From: an uncultured delta proteobacterium
GTDB taxonomy: Bacteria; Desulfobacterota; Binatia; JACPRU01
Length of the DNA: 64,000 bases
NCBI GenBank assembly: GCA_963745025.1
Contig: CAVUWD010000018.1
Coordinates: forward strand, 32,001 to 96,000
Direction: 5' to 3'
Below the pieces are notes generated by a model. The model saw nothing but the letters and a program-made list of their open reading frames with translations, was not told where the DNA came from and did no database searches. The position numbers and the translations under genes were made by a program. Numbering within the stretch: the stretch's first letter is position 1; each line of letters opens with the position of its first letter. Below, piece by piece: positions 62,560 through 64,000 of this stretch.

Positions 62560-63744
62560 TCAGTGCAGAAGGAGGTCGCGCACGATGTCGATGTACGCGC
62601 TGCCGTATCCCTCGTACGCATAGCCCTGTGTCAGGAGATGTCGCCCGCTCGCGTCGTCGGCCGTGGGGGGAGCGGGAGAGAGCGGCTCGATCGCGGTATC
62701 CTCGTTCCACTCGTTCCACGACGTGATCAGAATCGCGTGCAGCCTCGGGTCCGCCAGCGGCTTGCCGATCCGCTCGATTGCCTCCGTGAAGAACGATCCT
62801 TCGGAAGCCCCGGCGGTCCAACGGCGGGGAATGACGAAGTGATCCAGTCGAGGCCGTACGGCGCGGTCGTTGAAGCCGGGAATTACCCCTGGGACGATGG
62901 GGATTCCGGCGACGTTGCGGTAGCGGCGGTAGAGCTTCACGCTGTCCTCCACGAAGTGGCTCGCGGATCCATATCCGCGATGCCGCTCCGACCCCACGTA
63001 GAGGTTGTACGCGGTGATGGCGTCGAAGAGCCGGATCCGCGAGAGCTGCGGTTCGCCGGTCACGCGGGCCGCCGCGTCGGGATCCTCGGCCGCCTCGACG
63101 ACGGCCCAGAAGATCTCGTCGCCGATGACGAACGGATCGTAGCCTTCGGCGGCCATCGCCCGCCTCATCTCGCGCATCGCTTGCGGGAAGAGCCCCCGCA
63201 TCTGGCGAGTGACGTACAGCACGAGCGTCGGACGGCCATCGATCCGCAGATAGCTCGGATGCCCAAAATAGCGGCGAGCGATCGTCATCAGATCGGACAC
63301 GAAGCGGTCTTTTGTGGCCGCGTCGAAGACGATGTCGTTTTCGTCCGCTGAGCGGCCGAGATCCTTCGATTCATAAAAGATGCAAAAGCGGATCTCGTCG
63401 ATGTTCGCCGCGCGCAGAAACCCGGATTCGATCGCAGCATTCTGCGCGGGGCGATTCGGCCACCAGTCGAGGGAGAAGAAGTCGATGGCGTGGGACACAG
63501 CGAGGGCGATGTGCTGCTCGGCGATCGACGCGCTGCGCGAGTCGTATTCGCCGAGGGCCGGTGCCTGCGCTGGCCGCAGAGCACTGCGCAGGTAGCCGTT
63601 CGCAAAATTGTCGGGATACCAGACGTAGTAGTGCGCGCCGACGAGGTAGCGCACGCCATCCCCGCTGCCGCCAGGGGCGAAGAGCGAGAGCGCGAAGAGG
63701 AGGACGCAGGCGAGCGCTGGCCGCGACGGCGCGAGGCGACTCAC
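62560..63744 (-). CDS. Glycoside hydrolase family 99-like protein
   Basis: AHYYVWY, LGEYDS, IDGRP, PGFND, ITSWNEWNEDTAIEP. Confidence 0.85.
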   Translation of the reverse strand: MSRLAPSRPALACVLLFALSLFAPGGSGDGVRYLVGAHYYVWYPDNFANGYLRSALRPAQAPALGEYDSRSASIAEQHIALAVSHAIDFFSLDWWPNRPAQNAAIESGFLRAANIDEIRFCIFYESKDLGRSADENDIVFDAATKDRFVSDLMTIARRYFGHPSYLRIDGRPTLVLYVTRQMRGLFPQAMREMRRAMAAEGYDPFVIGDEIFWAVVEAAEDPDAAARVTGEPQLSRIRLFDAITAYNLYVGSERHRGYGSASHFVEDSVKLYRRYRNVAGIPIVPGVIPGFNDRAVRPRLDHFVIPRRWTAGASEGSFFTEAIERIGKPLADPRLHAILITSWNEWNEDTAIEPLSPAPPTADDASGRHLLTQGYAYEGYGSAYIDIVRDLLLH

Positions 63745-64000
63745 GTGAGCGCCCAGACCCGCCAGTTGCCGGCGCACCATTCGAGGGCCGCGACGGAGCC
63801 GAGCGGCGGGCTGGCGAGAAACGCGTATCCCGTGAGGTCCGGGATCTCGGCCACGGACCGCAAGGCGAGGAGCAGCGCGAGCGACGTAACCCGCGCGTGG
63901 GCCGCGGCGTCCCGCCAAGCCGCGTTCCCGAAAATGAGCACGAACAGCGAGACGACAAGGCCGGTGAGCAAGGTCTCGACGTCGCGCTTCGCGCTCTGGC
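63741..64000 (-). CDS. Membrane protein C-terminus (partial)
   Basis: Hydrophobic frame whose stop overlaps the GH start. Confidence 0.55.
   Translation of the reverse strand, partial: QSAKRDVETLLTGLVVSLFVLIFGNAAWRDAAAHARVTSLALLLALRSVAEIPDLTGYAFLASPPLGSVAALEWCAGNWRVWALT

Overview
High-GC bacterial window. The gene content looks like Myxococcota/Binatota, but that is inference only. A core of housekeeping and metabolic genes (metH, apaG, typA, modE, tag, sthA, fabD, fabG, acyl-CoA dehydrogenases, CoA transferase) is flanked by two accessory regions full of gene fragments (about 1.9-8.4 kb and 52.4-60.2 kb). The left end has an arsenic operon (arsR, arsI/cadI-like, arsM, acr3), a higBA pair and a decayed integrative-element boundary (tRNA-Arg 3' half, integrase tail, 85-bp direct repeat). 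The right end has polysaccharide-related genes. Main observations: (1) an uncalled UxxC glutaredoxin selenoprotein with a SECIS-like hairpin at 49200-49427; (2) a sigma54-promoter-linked operon of a 2TM sensor kinase, an NtrC-type regulator and PspA; (3) a ~220-bp three-hairpin element present twice; (4) an 85-bp repeat with paired TTATGCCG motifs at a truncation junction; (5) three TA modules that all look leaderless; (6) a probable AUA-initiated lipase maturation factor. All product calls come from motif recognition by eye; no database searches were run.
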